Of a stretch of 64,000 nucleotides of DNA, positions 63,150 through 64,000 are shown one piece after another; position 1 is the stretch's first letter; every line of letters begins with the position of its first letter. The stretch is taken from positions 36,344,464 through 36,408,463 of the forward strand of contig NC_043011.1 of NCBI RefSeq assembly GCF_006345805.1, read 5' to 3'. The position numbers were made by a program, and so were the translations under genes. Under the pieces are notes generated by a model. That model worked only from the letters and a program-made list of their open reading frames with translations, was not told where the DNA came from and ran no database searches. This DNA is from Octopus sinensis (taxonomy: Eukaryota).

Positions 63150-63830
63150 CTTCCCTAGCAATCTCAGTTTCAGTTTGGTTCAGCCATTTTGTAGAATGTC
63201 ATCAATTGTTGTATAGAATCCCTTTTTGTTCTCATGTTCCGAAGGATCAAGAAACGGATTGTTTATGTTGGGCCAAAGAATCACAGTACAGACATCCTAA
63301 TGGCGATATTTTATCATTTTCATTCTGTTCGTGCAGCACACACATCGATAAAACATGCTCCAACTATCTAATACGGTGTAAATGTCAAACAGCTATTTAA
63401 TGGCCAATGTTTAATTCTTCTGCAGCCTCCTGAGTTGTTTTGCATGGGTCTGATTCAATAACAATCTTCAATTAATCATTGTCAATCACAGAAGTCCATC
63501 TACGACTCTCCTCATATTCAAGTCTTTTGTTTCCACTTTGAAATTTCAGGAGCTAATGTTGATATGTATGTTTAGTGATGGTCCTGTGGGCAAATGCATT
63601 GTCGATATTGCTAGCAGCTTCTATTGTATTATATTTCATTTTGAATTCACACAATAAATGCACACAAATTTACTTTTATTACTTCTATTTTCCCCACTCT
63701 TTAATTTGACAGCCTAAAATAAACAAGCAAAAGTGAAACCATTAGTGTAAACGAATAGATCAAAATCTGTGCTTCAAAAGGATCTGTCACGTGCACATTG
63801 TTGAATACAACTTTACTCTAAAATAAGCGT
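63150..63830 (-). mobile_element. Mariner transposase 5' fragment (Hsmar1/cecropia-like)
   Basis: LLCEFKMKYNTIEAASNIDNAF..KFQSGNKRLEYEESRR..VIDND.LK.VIESDPCKTTQEAAEELNI.H..PFLD..GILYNN parallels the Hsmar1 DNA-binding domain up to the first catalytic Asp; multiple stops. Confidence 0.88.
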
Positions 63831-63844
63831 TCATTTTTATTCTT

Positions 63845-64000
63845 TCTTTTTAATTCTTTTATTTGTTTCCATCATTTGACTGCAGCCATGCTGGAGCACC
63901 ACCTTTAGTCGAGCAAATCGACCCCAGGACTTATTCTTTGTAAGCCTAATACTTATTCTATCGGTCACTAAGTGACGGGGATGTATAAACACCAGCATCG
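63845..64000 (-). mobile_element. SINE family A 3' part (runs off the window)
   Basis: CATTTGACTGCAGCCATGCTGGAGCACC..GTCGAGCAAATCGACCCCAGGACTTATTC. Confidence 0.85.

Noticed and set aside
63150-63830. SETMAR-like host gene exon
   Set aside because: Multiple in-frame stops and no SET domain or splice context; an ordinary dead mariner fragment.

Overview
AT-rich, microsatellite-dense metazoan non-coding DNA, apparently intronic or intergenic. The repeat landscape resembles a coleoid cephalopod (octopus-type) genome; this is an inference, not a search result. No host protein-coding gene can be identified with confidence: only a few candidate exons and promoter-like spots are visible, and nearly all ORFs in the supplied track are microsatellite or transposon artefacts. 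Supported mobile elements: a decayed Penelope-like retroelement (RT + GIY-YIG, ~3.15-5.67 kb, minus), a full-length decayed maT-like Tc1/mariner (6972-8150), a full-length decayed DD34D mariner (61296-62544), an Hsmar1-like mariner fragment, RTE and CR1/L2 LINE fragments, a nested Helitron cluster, TTAA (piggyBac-type) and 8-bp-TSD (hAT-type) MITEs, and many copies of several SINE-like families (informally A-E). The most interesting signal is a set of type I hammerhead ribozyme folds. Four sit in a tRNA-headed SINE-like family (E) that twice occurs as head-to-head inverted pairs, a Penelope-type insertion signature. Three more belong to other Penelope-like remnants, two of them with unusually large stem II domains. 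The window also has several long inverted repeats that would form dsRNA if transcribed, a polarised 41-bp minisatellite and a STAT/kB-like motif cluster. Boundaries of SINE copies and microsatellites are approximate, read by eye.
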